From an uncultured Myxococcales bacterium (lineage in GTDB: Bacteria > Myxococcota_A > Polyangia > Fen-1088): DNA of 64,000 nucleotides. The notes below the pieces were generated by a model. That model did not search any database. It saw only the letters and a program-made list of their open reading frames with translations, and was not told the DNA's origin. How positions within the stretch are numbered: position 1 is the first letter of the stretch; every line of letters begins with the position of its first letter. Of the stretch, positions 1-9,856 are shown one piece after another. The stretch lies in the NCBI GenBank assembly GCA_964647025.1, contig CAZYFU010000001.1, forward strand, positions 293-64,292, given 5' to 3'. Position numbers and translations under genes: made by a program.

Positions 1-1784
1 GGGATCGCCAGGGGGCCGCCGTGGATCAGCAGGACCACGGTGGGACGCCCGCTGGCCAACACCGCACGCGCGAGCTCCATCTGCGCCCCAACCAGCTCGA
101 GACTGCTCCGATCGCCCAAGTGCGTGCTCGACCAGGCCTCGCGCGAAAGCTGCTCGTTCTGGCCGATGACCAAGATCGTCGCGTCTGCAAGAGCGGCGAC
201 CTGCTTCGCCTCCGCAATCAGCCCCCTGTCGCGCGCGGGATCCGACAACGTGACCTCGCTGTCGTTCCAACCGCGGTTTCCCTCCGTCAGGCCGCATCCC
301 TCGGCAGTCACGACTTTGACTCTGTCGCCCAGCCGCGCGCGGATCCCCTCGACGACCGACACGGTCTTGTCCGGGACGCCGCTGTAACCACCGAGGCGGC
401 AGACATCGGCGTTGGGACCAATCACGGCGAGCGACTTCAGCCGCGCGGGATCCAGGGGAAGCAAGTCGCGGTCATTCTTGAGCAGCACGATCGCCCTCTG
501 GGCAGCCCGGCGAGCGAGCGCTCGATCCGCGGCGCGTTCGGGTTCCGGGGTGACGTTCTCGACGTAGGGGTGCTCGAACAGGCCAAGCATCACTTTGAGC
601 CGGAGCACTCGCGACACGGCTTGGTCGACATCGGCCTCGGCGACCCGACCGGATTTCAGGTCCGCGAGCAGCGAGACGAACCCTTCGGGCTCGGGCAGCT
701 CGATGTCCACGCCCGCCGCGAGCGCCGAGCGCCCGGCCGACGGTAGATCCTCGACCACGTAGTGCTTGCGCGCGAGCTCGGCCACGCCGGAGTAGTCCGA
801 CACCACCACGCCCCGGAAGCCCCATTCGCCGCGCAGCAAGTCGGTGAGCATCCAACGGTTCGCGTGTGACGGCACACCGTCGATCTCGTTGTAGCTAGCC
901 ATGACTGACTCGGCCAGACCTTCGCTGAGCGCGGCCTCGAAAGGCGGCAGAAAGACCTCACGCAGGGCGCGCGGTCCGATCGCGGCAGGCGCCGTGTTGC
1001 GTCCGCCTTCGGGCTGCCCGTGGCCGGTCAGGTGCTTGGTGGTCGCGACGACGTGCTCGCCCGCGATGGCGGTGTCGTTGGACGCTCGCCGGCCTTGGAA
1101 TCCCAAGATGGCCGCCACCCCGATGCGACCGGTCAGGTAAGGATCCTCGCCGTACGTCTCCTCGATCCGCCCCCAGCGAGGATCACGAGCCACGTCGAGA
1201 ACCGGGGCCAGCACCTGCGAGACGCCACGGGCACGCATCTGTCGAGCGGCCACCTTGAAAACCTCCTCGACCAGGGACGGGTCGAACGTCGCGGCCAGCG
1301 CGATGGCTTGGGGGAAACTGGTCGCGCCCGGCGCGACGAAGCCATGCAGTCCCTCCTCGTGCAGGATCGCCGGAATCCCGAGCCGCGTCTTCTCGATCAT
1401 GAACCTCTGGAGGGCATTGGCGAACTCCACCGCTTGGCGAGGATCGTGACGATATCCAGGGCGGGTCACGTGACCAATGCCGAGAGGCATCAGCTTGCGC
1501 GCCCTCTCTTCGGAGAATTCACCGGTCCTGCGGTCGAACACGTGGGTGTTGTCCCAATTGACAGACTGCAATTGAGCGACCTTCTCGGCCTGGGTCATCC
1601 TGCCGAGGAGATCGCGGACCCGTTCGCTCAGGGGAAGGTTGGCATTTCGGTAAGCGAAGGCCGCGGCGTTCGCGGCCTTCGCGGTCGAGCTCTCTGCTCT
1701 CGTCAGGCCAGATTTGATAACCCAGCAACCGAATAGAGCAACGATCGTACCCACAATCAGTGTGGCGATCGGTCGTTTCTTCAT
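1..1784 (-). CDS. glycoside hydrolase family 3 (beta-glucosidase/BglX-like); start codon at 1784, C-terminus runs off the window start (not in ORF track because edge-truncated)
   Basis: Manual minus-strand translation from the ATG at 1784 gives MKKRPIATLIVG... with a signal peptide. GH3 hallmarks follow (KHLTGHG, GFRGVVVSDY, catalytic-Asp region). The frame stays open to position 1. Confidence 0.8.
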   Translation of the reverse strand, partial: MKKRPIATLIVGTIVALFGCWVIKSGLTRAESSTAKAANAAAFAYRNANLPLSERVRDLLGRMTQAEKVAQLQSVNWDNTHVFDRRTGEFSEERARKLMPLGIGHVTRPGYRHDPRQAVEFANALQRFMIEKTRLGIPAILHEEGLHGFVAPGATSFPQAIALAATFDPSLVEEVFKVAARQMRARGVSQVLAPVLDVARDPRWGRIEETYGEDPYLTGRIGVAAILGFQGRRASNDTAIAGEHVVATTKHLTGHGQPEGGRNTAPAAIGPRALREVFLPPFEAALSEGLAESVMASYNEIDGVPSHANRWMLTDLLRGEWGFRGVVVSDYSGVAELARKHYVVEDLPSAGRSALAAGVDIELPEPEGFVSLLADLKSGRVAEADVDQAVSRVLRLKVMLGLFEHPYVENVTPEPERAADRALARRAAQRAIVLLKNDRDLLPLDPARLKSLAVIGPNADVCRLGGYSGVPDKTVSVVEGIRARLGDRVKVVTAEGCGLTEGNRGWNDSEVTLSDPARDRGLIAEAKQVAALADATILVIGQNEQLSREAWSSTHLGDRSSLELVGAQMELARAVLASGRPTVVLLIHGGPLAI

Positions 1785-1869
1785 CGTCGCAAAATACACG
1801 ATTCGCCGCGGGTCTGCCGGCCGAAGACGCCGCCGGTGCACGCGCGAATCTAGGATCCCCACAAAATGC

Positions 1870-3186
1870 TCAGACGTCCGTCACTTGCTCGAAGCGCGGG
1901 GCCAACACATGGCCGATACCCCAGGCGAGAAGGTACGCAGAGCCGCACAAACCGAAGAGGATGGCGTAGCCGGCAGTGATGTTGCCGCTCGCCTGAAAAC
2001 GATCGAGAAGCTTGCCGCTGAAGATCGGGAAGACAATCCCGCCGACTGAGCCAGCCATCCCCCCGATGCCCACGACCGACGCGACGGCGCTCTTTGGAAA
2101 CATGTCGGACACGGTGGTGAACAGATTGGCCGACCAGGCCTGATGAGCCGCGCCGGCGATCCCGATGAGGACCACCGCGCCCCAGTCCCCCACTTGCGTG
2201 ACGAAGAGGACTGGCAACACGCTCGCAGCGAAGAGCAACATCGCGACCTTGCGCGCGCGATTGCTGGACCAGCCACGACGGATCAGGTACCCGGCCAGCC
2301 AGCCGCCAACGATGCTCAAGACCGTGACGATGGCGTAGATCGAGACCAAGTGAAGCCAGCTCTTCTCGATGTCGAGGCCACGGGTCTTCTTGAAGAAGTC
2401 GGGCAGCCAGATGAGGAAGAACCACCAAACAGGATCGGTGAGGAGCTTGCCGATGATGAACGCGTACGCCTGGCGGTAGCGAAGGATCTCGAGCCACCTC
2501 AGCGGTCGGCTCGAGCTTTGTTCGTCCCTGTCGGCGCGGATGTAGTCGAGCTCGCTCTGCCGGATGCGGGCGACGCGCTCCGGGACGTCGTAGAACGGCA
2601 ACCACACCACCAGCCATGCCAGCCCGGCGAGCCCGGCGATCACGAACGCGGATCGCCACCCCCACGTGGTGGCGATCAAAGGAATCACCGCTGGCGGCAC
2701 GATGGCGCCCACGTTCGCGCCCGAGTTGAAAAGCGCGGTGGCGAAGGCGCGCTCCTTGCGCGGGAACCACAGGGCGACGGCCTTCACTGCGGAGGGGAAG
2801 TTGCCCCCCTCGCCCACGCCGAGGGCGATGCGCGCGTGCATGAACCCGCCGATGCTGCCCACGAAGGCGTGGGCCACGGCCGCCAGGCTCCAAGCCGTGA
2901 CAGAGACCGCGTAGCCGACCTTGCTGCCCACGCGGTCGACGAATTTCCCGAACAGCAGAAGGCCGACCGCATACGCGGCCGCGAATGCCGCGTTGATGTT
3001 GCCGTACTGCTCGTTCGTCCAATGAAGCTGGTCGTCGAGGATAGGCTTGAGCAGCGCGAGGATCTGCCGGTCGATGTAGTTGATCGTCGTCGCGAGAAAC
3101 AGCAGCAGGCAAATGAGCCAACGGTAGCGACCGACGGACGCTTGCGGCGAGCTTGGGTTCACGGGGGCGACGGCGACGCTAGCCAC
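1870..3186 (-). CDS. MFS transporter, ACS family (hexuronate/sugar-acid transporter ExuT-like)
   Basis: 438 aa with 12 predicted TM segments. It carries the INYIDRQ motif typical of ACS-family MFS. It lies directly upstream of the GH3 gene on the same strand. Confidence 0.8.
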   Translation of the reverse strand: MASVAVAPVNPSSPQASVGRYRWLICLLLFLATTINYIDRQILALLKPILDDQLHWTNEQYGNINAAFAAAYAVGLLLFGKFVDRVGSKVGYAVSVTAWSLAAVAHAFVGSIGGFMHARIALGVGEGGNFPSAVKAVALWFPRKERAFATALFNSGANVGAIVPPAVIPLIATTWGWRSAFVIAGLAGLAWLVVWLPFYDVPERVARIRQSELDYIRADRDEQSSSRPLRWLEILRYRQAYAFIIGKLLTDPVWWFFLIWLPDFFKKTRGLDIEKSWLHLVSIYAIVTVLSIVGGWLAGYLIRRGWSSNRARKVAMLLFAASVLPVLFVTQVGDWGAVVLIGIAGAAHQAWSANLFTTVSDMFPKSAVASVVGIGGMAGSVGGIVFPIFSGKLLDRFQASGNITAGYAILFGLCGSAYLLAWGIGHVLAPRFEQVTDV

Positions 3187-3262
3187 AATCCCAAAGCAAG
3201 TAAAGGCGACGGTACGAATTCGCCAATCATGGCGGCCTCTGGACGCGGACGGTGTAACCTAC

Positions 3263-4345
3263 GTGCGCTTGGCCATCACCATCGAAGAACACGTCCCGCT
3301 CGCGCCGCTCACGACCCTGGGTCTTGGCGGACCCGCGCGCTTTTTCGTCAGGGCTCGAGATCGCGCGGAGATCGAGGCTGCTCTGCGCTGGGCAGCGCAG
3401 CGAGAGCTGCCGACGTTCATCCTGGGCGAAGGATCGAACTTGGTGGTCGGTGACGCCGGGTTCTCCGGCGTGGTCGTGCAGCCCGCCGCCCGGGGACAGA
3501 CGTGGACCGAGACGGAGGATGGGTTCGCAGTCCGGGTCGCAGCAGGCGAGCCATGGGATGACGTGGTGGCCGAGTCGGTACGACGAGGCATCGCGGGCAT
3601 CGAATGCCTGTCCGGGATTCCGGGCCACACCGGCGCAGCACCCGTGCAGAACATCGGCGCCTACGGGCACGAGGTCGCCGAGGTGGTCGAGGCGGTCGAG
3701 GTGATGGATCGCGACTCGCTCGCCGTCATGACCCTGGAGCGCTCGTCCTGCGGATTCGGCTACCGCGACAGCACCTTCAAACGCGAATCAAACCGCTTCG
3801 TGATCCTTTCCGTCACGCTGAAGCTTCGCCGAGACGCAGAGCCCGTGATCCGCTACGCCGAGTTGGCCAGGGCGCTGGCGCCCCAACCACGGCCAAGCCC
3901 GGCGCACGCCCGAGAGGTCGTGCTCGCCCTGCGGCGAAAGAAGGCCATGGTGCTCGACCCCGACGACGAGAACCGCCGGAGCGCGGGATCGTTCTTCACG
4001 AATCCCGTGGTCGACGAGCGGGTTGCGAACGACCTCGTGCAGAGAGCCCTCACCGACGGCATCGTGACCGCCGCCGAGCAGGTCCCCCGCTTCGCCACGT
4101 CCGATGGTCGCGTGAAGCTCGCGGCCGGCTGGCTCATCGAGCGCTCGGGCATCCACAAGGGCCTTCGCATGGGGCCGGTGGGAATATCGACCCGGCACGC
4201 CCTGGCCCTGGTTCACCATGGCGGCGGAACAACCGCCGACCTGCTGCGCCTGGCGACACACGTTCGACAGACCGTGCTTGAACGATTCGGCATTGCGCTC
4301 ACGCCCGAGCCGGTCTTCCTGGGCTTGGATTGGCCTAGCTGCTGA
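3263..4345 (+). CDS. murB: UDP-N-acetylenolpyruvoylglucosamine reductase
   Basis: 360 aa with a GTG start. The FAD-binding N-terminal domain (ILGEGSNLVV) and the MurB C-terminal domain are both conserved. Confidence 0.88.
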   Translation: MRLAITIEEHVPLAPLTTLGLGGPARFFVRARDRAEIEAALRWAAQRELPTFILGEGSNLVVGDAGFSGVVVQPAARGQTWTETEDGFAVRVAAGEPWDDVVAESVRRGIAGIECLSGIPGHTGAAPVQNIGAYGHEVAEVVEAVEVMDRDSLAVMTLERSSCGFGYRDSTFKRESNRFVILSVTLKLRRDAEPVIRYAELARALAPQPRPSPAHAREVVLALRRKKAMVLDPDDENRRSAGSFFTNPVVDERVANDLVQRALTDGIVTAAEQVPRFATSDGRVKLAAGWLIERSGIHKGLRMGPVGISTRHALALVHHGGGTTADLLRLATHVRQTVLERFGIALTPEPVFLGLDWPSC

Positions 4346-4349
4346 GCCA

Positions 4350-4376
4350 AGCCCCCGGCCTATCGGGGCCGGCAGC
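4350..4376. terminator. possible bidirectional stem-loop between convergent murB and the Pro-rich protein gene
   Basis: A GC-rich inverted repeat (ccggcc ... ggccgg) sits in the 32-bp gap between two convergent stop codons. It is weak, with no U-tract. Confidence 0.25.
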
Positions 4377-4377
4377 A

Positions 4378-5424
4378 TTACTGATACGTGGCGACGGCGG
4401 CGAGCCCGAACATCGGACCGCCGAGGGCCCGCAAACCTCCCACGCGATCGCTGCTCACCCGCGAATAGCAGGCGATGGCTTCCACCCCGATGCCCCAGTT
4501 CGGGCCGACCCACCACTCCTTGCCGAAGCCGCCGCGAACCAGCCACGCGGTATTGCTGGAACGCTCCTTCTCCGCGCCGGAGTTGCCGAGCACGTACTGT
4601 CCCAAACCGCCACGCAGCGACCCGAAGAGGTTGTGGTCGGTCATGTAGTACGTTGCACCGACAAGGCCACTGTAGAAGTTGAGCTCGCGATCCTTCGTAT
4701 CCATGGTATCCGAGCGCACGACGCCGCCGCTCTCGATGCGCGAGGAGAGCGTACCCGTGATGCCGGCACCGGCGTGAACCACGAGATTGCGCGCGACCGC
4801 TACGCCCAGGTCGAAGCTCATCGCCACGGCACCGCCCGATATCGACGCGCCCGCTTGCGACTTGGTGTAGGCGTAGCCGACGCCCATTCCCATACGAAAG
4901 AAGAATCCGTCGTGCTCGTGGTAGCCCGGCGGTGGCTGCCACGGCGCCTCTGGCATGGTCGCCACCGGCGCGCCTCCTGGCACCGCATAGGGCGGAGGAT
5001 ATCCATACGCGGGATACGCGCCCGGGGTCGGCACATAGCCGGGCGGCGGAGCGTAGGCAGGCGCCACCGGATAGACCGGCGCAGGCTGCACCGGGTACAC
5101 GGGCGCAGGCACCGGGTAGGCTGGCGCAGGCGCCCAAGTCGGAGCCGGTGCTTCGGCCGACGCCGGCGCAAACACGGGGGCCGGCGGCGGCACGGGTGCG
5201 TCGGGCGGCAGTGGGGCCGGCGGCGGCGCCCAGGCCGGCCCAGGGACAGTCGCGGGGCTCGGGCTCGGCGGCGGGGCTGGAGCGATATCGCTTGGCCCCG
5301 CGGAAGGCGTGCCAGGCGCACCCGGAGTCGCTGTGCCTGTCGCTGGCGCACCCGTGACTTGTGCGTACGCCGTGCTCGCCAACAAGAGGGCCGCCGCAAC
5401 AGCGGACTTCGCTACCACGAGCAT
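4378..5424 (-). CDS. secreted proline-rich protein with a C-terminal outer-membrane beta-barrel-like domain
   Basis: The internal Met MLVVAKSAVAAALLLASTAYAQ is a signal peptide. A roughly 150 aa low-complexity PAP/PVYPV repeat region follows, then a beta-strand-rich C-terminus. The upstream 150 codons of the long ORF 4378..5877 are R/W-rich junk. Confidence 0.6.
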   Translation of the reverse strand: MLVVAKSAVAAALLLASTAYAQVTGAPATGTATPGAPGTPSAGPSDIAPAPPPSPSPATVPGPAWAPPPAPLPPDAPVPPPAPVFAPASAEAPAPTWAPAPAYPVPAPVYPVQPAPVYPVAPAYAPPPGYVPTPGAYPAYGYPPPYAVPGGAPVATMPEAPWQPPPGYHEHDGFFFRMGMGVGYAYTKSQAGASISGGAVAMSFDLGVAVARNLVVHAGAGITGTLSSRIESGGVVRSDTMDTKDRELNFYSGLVGATYYMTDHNLFGSLRGGLGQYVLGNSGAEKERSSNTAWLVRGGFGKEWWVGPNWGIGVEAIACYSRVSSDRVGGLRALGGPMFGLAAVATYQ

Positions 5425-6077
5425 TGCGCGTCTCCACTTCCCGAGCACGAGCCGCTCGAGCCGGTGGCCTGGCAAGTGACCGAGCTGCCATTGCCGTAGG
5501 TCACGGTGGTGTTCCAGCCGACGAGGTTCCCGGAGCCGTCGTAGCGGTATTGGCTCGATGACTGCGATGAGCTCGACGCACAGGAATAGGTGAAGCCGTC
5601 CTTCGAACAGTTGGTGAGCTTGCACGACCGGCTCGTGTTGGATGACGAACCACCGGTGCCGCTGCGGCCACCAGAGCCGCCGAAGCTGCCACCGGAGCCA
5701 CCGCGGCCTCCCGCACCACCTGCCCAGCCCCAGAAGTCCGTCGGGTTGGCGGATGGGCATGAGGTGGGCCCGTAGTTGCCCTCGTAGAGCTGGCACACAC
5801 CGGCGCCACCTTCGTGGGCGCCAGACTCGACACACGTCGGGGCCTGGCTGCTCAGCAGGAGGTCGTAGAGTGGGCATTCCATCTTGTTAGGACAACCGGC
5901 GCCGCTCTGACAAAGGGGCGCGCAGTACTTCTCCGATGCCGAGACCGTCAGACACCCCCGCCCGCTTCCGCAGTCTGCATCGGTCGCACACAGCATGGGA
6001 ACCTTCGCCGACGATTCGCCATCGCATGCCACGCCGATCGCCACGCCTCCCAGCAGCAGGATCGGGACCAGCCGCAT
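5412..6077 (-). CDS. cysteine-rich secreted hypothetical protein (G/S-rich)
   Basis: Start taken at MRLVPILLLGGVAIGVAC (signal or lipobox-like). It has 20 or more Cys residues in CxxC/CxxxC spacing and a GGSGG low-complexity region. Confidence 0.5.
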   Translation of the reverse strand: MRLVPILLLGGVAIGVACDGESSAKVPMLCATDADCGSGRGCLTVSASEKYCAPLCQSGAGCPNKMECPLYDLLLSSQAPTCVESGAHEGGAGVCQLYEGNYGPTSCPSANPTDFWGWAGGAGGRGGSGGSFGGSGGRSGTGGSSSNTSRSCKLTNCSKDGFTYSCASSSSQSSSQYRYDGSGNLVGWNTTVTYGNGSSVTCQATGSSGSCSGSGDAQCSW

Positions 6078-6158
6078 CGCCTTCGTCGCGGGACACCGCA
6101 CAGCTTCCATGGGAAGGACCTAGCACGTGCGTCTCGACGGTTGCAACCGGCCCGGGTC

Positions 6159-6995
6159 TCAGCCCCCGACGGGGAGGAGCTCGCCCAGTGCCACGCCGGC
6201 CAGCGGACCGAGCACGATGGCCAGCCATTCCAACTTGCTCAAGCGCGGCCGCGCGCCGTGCAGAAGGGGCACGGTCACGCCGACCGCGGCCCCCATCACC
6301 GCACCGACCAGTACGTCCGAGTAGAAGTGCATGCCGGCGCGGGTTCGCAGATCCGCCGTGGCCGCCGCCAGCCCGAGCTCGGCAAACCACACCAGCGCCC
6401 GGGCGTTGGTGTCGGACGTGCTTTGCGCGAAGAGCAGCGCCCCCGACACCGACGCCGCGAAGGCCGTGCTCGAATGCCTCGAATAGAAGGACCGATACGC
6501 ATCCTTACCCTCCGACTGCGTGTGCGCGACCAGCGCTGGATCCGCGCCATACGTGTAAGGTCGCGGTCGGCCGACCAGCGGTTTCGCGAGAGAATCGAGC
6601 GCCAAGCTCACCACCAGGGCTTCGCAGTAGATGGCCACCCTGCGTGCCGTATCGGGGGTGAGCCCCTGACCTACGAGCAACGCGGCCGGGACCGCCGCAT
6701 CCACGGCCAGAAGCGCATCGCTGACGTTGGCGGCCTTGGCCGAATAGCGCCCTTCGAGGTGCCGGTCGAACGGTAGGAGCTGCGTGTTCCAGCGTGAGGT
6801 CTGGTCCACCGGAATGGCCAACGACAGCAGCATCGTCGCCCCGGACGCCGCAAACACGGCGCCGTCCCAAGACAGGCTGAGGCGAAGCCTTGTGGCGTCG
6901 CTGACCGCTCGATCCGATTCGGGCTGCGAAGGCTCCGCGCACAGCGGACTTGCCGCCAGACACGTGCTCAGGGCGAGGACGATTGAGAAGCGCAT
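6159..6995 (-). CDS. PAP2 superfamily phosphatase (membrane-associated)
   Basis: PAP2 motifs are present: KxxxxxxRP (KPLVGRPRP), SRHSS, and SRxxxxxHxxxD (RTRAGMHFYSDV). It also has an N-terminal signal. Confidence 0.75.
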   Translation of the reverse strand: MRFSIVLALSTCLAASPLCAEPSQPESDRAVSDATRLRLSLSWDGAVFAASGATMLLSLAIPVDQTSRWNTQLLPFDRHLEGRYSAKAANVSDALLAVDAAVPAALLVGQGLTPDTARRVAIYCEALVVSLALDSLAKPLVGRPRPYTYGADPALVAHTQSEGKDAYRSFYSRHSSTAFAASVSGALLFAQSTSDTNARALVWFAELGLAAATADLRTRAGMHFYSDVLVGAVMGAAVGVTVPLLHGARPRLSKLEWLAIVLGPLAGVALGELLPVGG

Positions 6996-7094
6996 GCGAC
7001 TTCACTCCTACCCGTTGCTCGCGGCACGCACAAGACCGACGGAATTCTCGTCAGGGCAGTTGACGGTGCTGGCCGCCTGTCGGATGCTCGGCCC

Positions 7095-8147
7095 ATGTCG
7101 ACCAGCAAAGCCAACGTGGTTCTCGAGGAAAAGCAGGGCGAGGCCGAAGTCTACCTCCTACGCAATTCGGCCGGGATGCAGGCGCGCATCACCAACTACG
7201 GCGGCACCGTCATGTCCCTCACCGCGCCCGATCGCAACGGCACCTTCGCGGACGTCGTGCTCGGCTACGACAAGGTCGCGGACTACGTCAAGGCCAGCCC
7301 GTACTTCGGCTGTCTCATCGGCCGCTACGGCAACCGGATCGCCAAGGCCAAGTTCTCTCTCGACGGTCAGGAATACGCCTTGGCCGCGAACGACGGACCG
7401 AACTGCCTGCACGGAGGAATCAAGGGTTTCGACAAGGTCCTGTGGAAGGCCCAGCCGGTGCAAAGCGACCTCGGCGCCGCGCTCGAGCTCCGCTACCTGA
7501 GCAAGCACCTCGACGAAGGCTTCCCTGGGAACCTCGACGTGGTGGCGCGCTACACCCTCACCGAGGACGGCAGCCTGCGCGTGGACTTCACGGCGACCAC
7601 CGACCGCAAGACCATCGCCAACTTCACCCACCACTCGTACTTCAACCTGGCCGGGAAGGGCGACATCCTCAGCCACAAGCTCCATCTCAACGCGGAGCGC
7701 TTCACCCCGGTCGACGCCACGCTGATCCCCACCGGCGAGCTGCGCGCCGTCGCAGGCACGCCGTTCGACTTCCGCCAGCCCGCCGCCATCGGCGCTCGCA
7801 TCGATGCCGACGACCAGCAGATCCGATTGGGCGGCGGCTACGATCACAACTGGGTGATCGACAAGCCGCAAGGTGCGCTCGGCCTCGTCGCGCGGGTGTT
7901 CGAGCCCGCATCGGGGCGCGCGCTGGAGGTGCTCTCCACCGAGCCCGCCACGCAGTTCTACACGGGCAACTTCCTCGACGGCACCATCGTCGGCAAGGGT
8001 GGATGGCGCTACCATAAACGCTCTGCCTTCTGCGTCGAGCCGCAACACTACCCGGACACGCCGAACCAACCGAGCTTCCCCAGCGTGCAGCTCTCGCCGG
8101 GCGAGACCTACCAGAGCACGATCGTCTATCGATTCTTCGTGTCGTAA
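7095..8147 (+). CDS. galM: aldose 1-epimerase (galactose mutarotase)
   Basis: 350 aa with conserved mutarotase blocks (NCLHGG, HHSYFNL, EPQHYPD). Confidence 0.85.
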   Translation: MSTSKANVVLEEKQGEAEVYLLRNSAGMQARITNYGGTVMSLTAPDRNGTFADVVLGYDKVADYVKASPYFGCLIGRYGNRIAKAKFSLDGQEYALAANDGPNCLHGGIKGFDKVLWKAQPVQSDLGAALELRYLSKHLDEGFPGNLDVVARYTLTEDGSLRVDFTATTDRKTIANFTHHSYFNLAGKGDILSHKLHLNAERFTPVDATLIPTGELRAVAGTPFDFRQPAAIGARIDADDQQIRLGGGYDHNWVIDKPQGALGLVARVFEPASGRALEVLSTEPATQFYTGNFLDGTIVGKGGWRYHKRSAFCVEPQHYPDTPNQPSFPSVQLSPGETYQSTIVYRFFVS

Positions 8148-8201
8148 CGAGCCCGACTCGAGGCCTGCGACCATGAGTCGCGCACGCTATAGTCCCAGGC
8201 C

Positions 8202-9806
8202 ATGATTCGACGCTTTGCAACTTTCATCTTGTTGTCTTGCTTGGGACTCGGCGCGGGAGCCTGCAGCATGGTGGCGCAGCTCCCGTCGACGCCACGGATG
8301 CAGAACCTGACCGAGGCCCAGGTCTTCTCGATGGCGCCGGCGCCCGAGTGGCCGGTGGTCCAACCCGATAGCCCTGCCACCGCGCCGGTAGACATCGCGT
8401 GCGGTGTGGGCCCCCTGCCCACGAGTGGCTATCTCTACGCGACAGTGGCGGTGCGCGGACGACCTCCGACCGCAACCCTCGCACCCCTCAACGTCGCCTT
8501 GGTGCTCGACCGCTCCGGGTCGATGTCCGGCGATCCCTTCCGCAACATGGTGGGCGCCGCGGAGACCTTCGTGAACCAACTCCGTGACGGCGATCGCGTC
8601 TCCGTGGTCGCCTTCTCGGACGGCGTGTACGAGGCGGTCCCGCCGGTGATCATCGATCCGAACACGCGCAACCTCGCGATCGCCGGCATCCGCGGCCTGC
8701 GAGACGGCGGCGGGACCAACTTCTCGGGCGGCCTCCTCGCCGGCCTCTTCCAGGTCTTCAGCGCCTTCCAGTACTGGCAAGTCAACCAGCTCATCCTCTT
8801 CTCCGACGGACAGCCCAACATCGGGATCACCTCTTCGAGCGAGCTGGCCCGCATCGCCGAGCGCGCAGCCGAGCACGGTGTCAGCGTGACCACCATCGGG
8901 TTCGGCATGGGCCACGACGAGCTGCTCATGCAGGGCATCGCCGATGCCTCGGGCGGCTACTACTACTACGTGGACAAGCCCGGTGACTTCGCCCAGATCT
9001 TCCAACGCGAGGCTGGGGCGATCCTGCGCACCGCCGCCCGCCGCGGCGAGGTCGCCTTCACCTTGCCGTCGACGGTTCAGCTCGACGACGTCCTCGGCTA
9101 CGACTACATCAAGGCAGGTGGCACGGTCTGGGTCCGCATGGGTAGCGTGCCCCACGGCGAGGAACGCTACGTGGTCTTCAAGATGCGCCCACTTGGCCAG
9201 GGCCACCTGCCCATCAACATCGTCTATGCCGATCTCGCCCGTCGCGGACGCTTCGGGGTCTCTTGCAACCCGAGCTTCGACGCCAAGCGCGGCGGCAGCG
9301 ACAACTGGGCGCTCGAGCTCGCCGGCCGAGCCGAGGCGGCCTGGGGCCTGCAGGAGGCCATGGCGTGGGCCGACTCCGGCAGCGAGGTATTCGTGATCTC
9401 GCAGCTCGGCTACACGCGCGGGATCATCGCGGCCATGCGCGATGTGCTGGGGGCGCAGGCCCTCACCGGAGAGGACAACATGCTGCTCGGCGCTCAGGTC
9501 GATCTGGGCCTCAACGTCGCCGAGGGCGCGAAGAGCTCCCTCATGGGCGGCGGTCTGCGCGGCCTGGTGAACTTCGGCGCCAAGCAGGCGGTCAGCAATG
9601 CCACGACGGCCGTCGTGTACAACGTGGACCAGTCCTTCCGCGTGCGGGTCCGTCCGACCGTGGCGGTGACCTTCCAGGGCGCGCCCGGCACACGGCACGT
9701 GGCCCACGGCACGCCGTACAAGCCGCGTGACCGCGACGCCAGCCTTCGCTTCAAGCGCGCCCGCTGGAAGAGCTACGAGATGATGCGTGTTCGACCGGCG
9801 CGGTAG
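8202..9806 (+). CDS. von Willebrand factor type A (VWA) domain lipoprotein
   Basis: Lipobox (LLSCLGLGAGAC) at the N-terminus. VWA MIDAS motif DRSGSMSG, plus the ...SDG... and ...LFSDGQPN blocks. 534 aa. Confidence 0.8.
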   Translation: MIRRFATFILLSCLGLGAGACSMVAQLPSTPRMQNLTEAQVFSMAPAPEWPVVQPDSPATAPVDIACGVGPLPTSGYLYATVAVRGRPPTATLAPLNVALVLDRSGSMSGDPFRNMVGAAETFVNQLRDGDRVSVVAFSDGVYEAVPPVIIDPNTRNLAIAGIRGLRDGGGTNFSGGLLAGLFQVFSAFQYWQVNQLILFSDGQPNIGITSSSELARIAERAAEHGVSVTTIGFGMGHDELLMQGIADASGGYYYYVDKPGDFAQIFQREAGAILRTAARRGEVAFTLPSTVQLDDVLGYDYIKAGGTVWVRMGSVPHGEERYVVFKMRPLGQGHLPINIVYADLARRGRFGVSCNPSFDAKRGGSDNWALELAGRAEAAWGLQEAMAWADSGSEVFVISQLGYTRGIIAAMRDVLGAQALTGEDNMLLGAQVDLGLNVAEGAKSSLMGGGLRGLVNFGAKQAVSNATTAVVYNVDQSFRVRVRPTVAVTFQGAPGTRHVAHGTPYKPRDRDASLRFKRARWKSYEMMRVRPAR

Positions 9807-9856
9807 TCCAACCGCGTTCAGGACGAAGGTGGGGAGACATTGATGTCTCCCCTGCC

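Noticed and set aside
21-1736. Plus-strand ORFs 21..746 and 1020..1736 (241 and 238 aa)
   Set aside because: Their translations are R/D/G/L-rich with no motifs. They lie antisense to a well-supported GH3 gene whose frame is open from 1784 to the window edge. Typical high-GC ghost ORFs.
1850-3453. ORFs 1850..3121 (-, 423 aa) and 2143..3453 (+, 436 aa) overlapping the MFS transporter
   Set aside because: Alternative-frame and antisense products are Arg/Gly-rich junk. The MFS frame has 12 TM helices and an ACS-family motif.
3788-5491. 567-aa minus-strand ORF spanning the murB 3' half and the Pro-rich protein gene
   Set aside because: Wrong frame relative to both supported genes. Low-complexity R/A/G translation with no domain signal.
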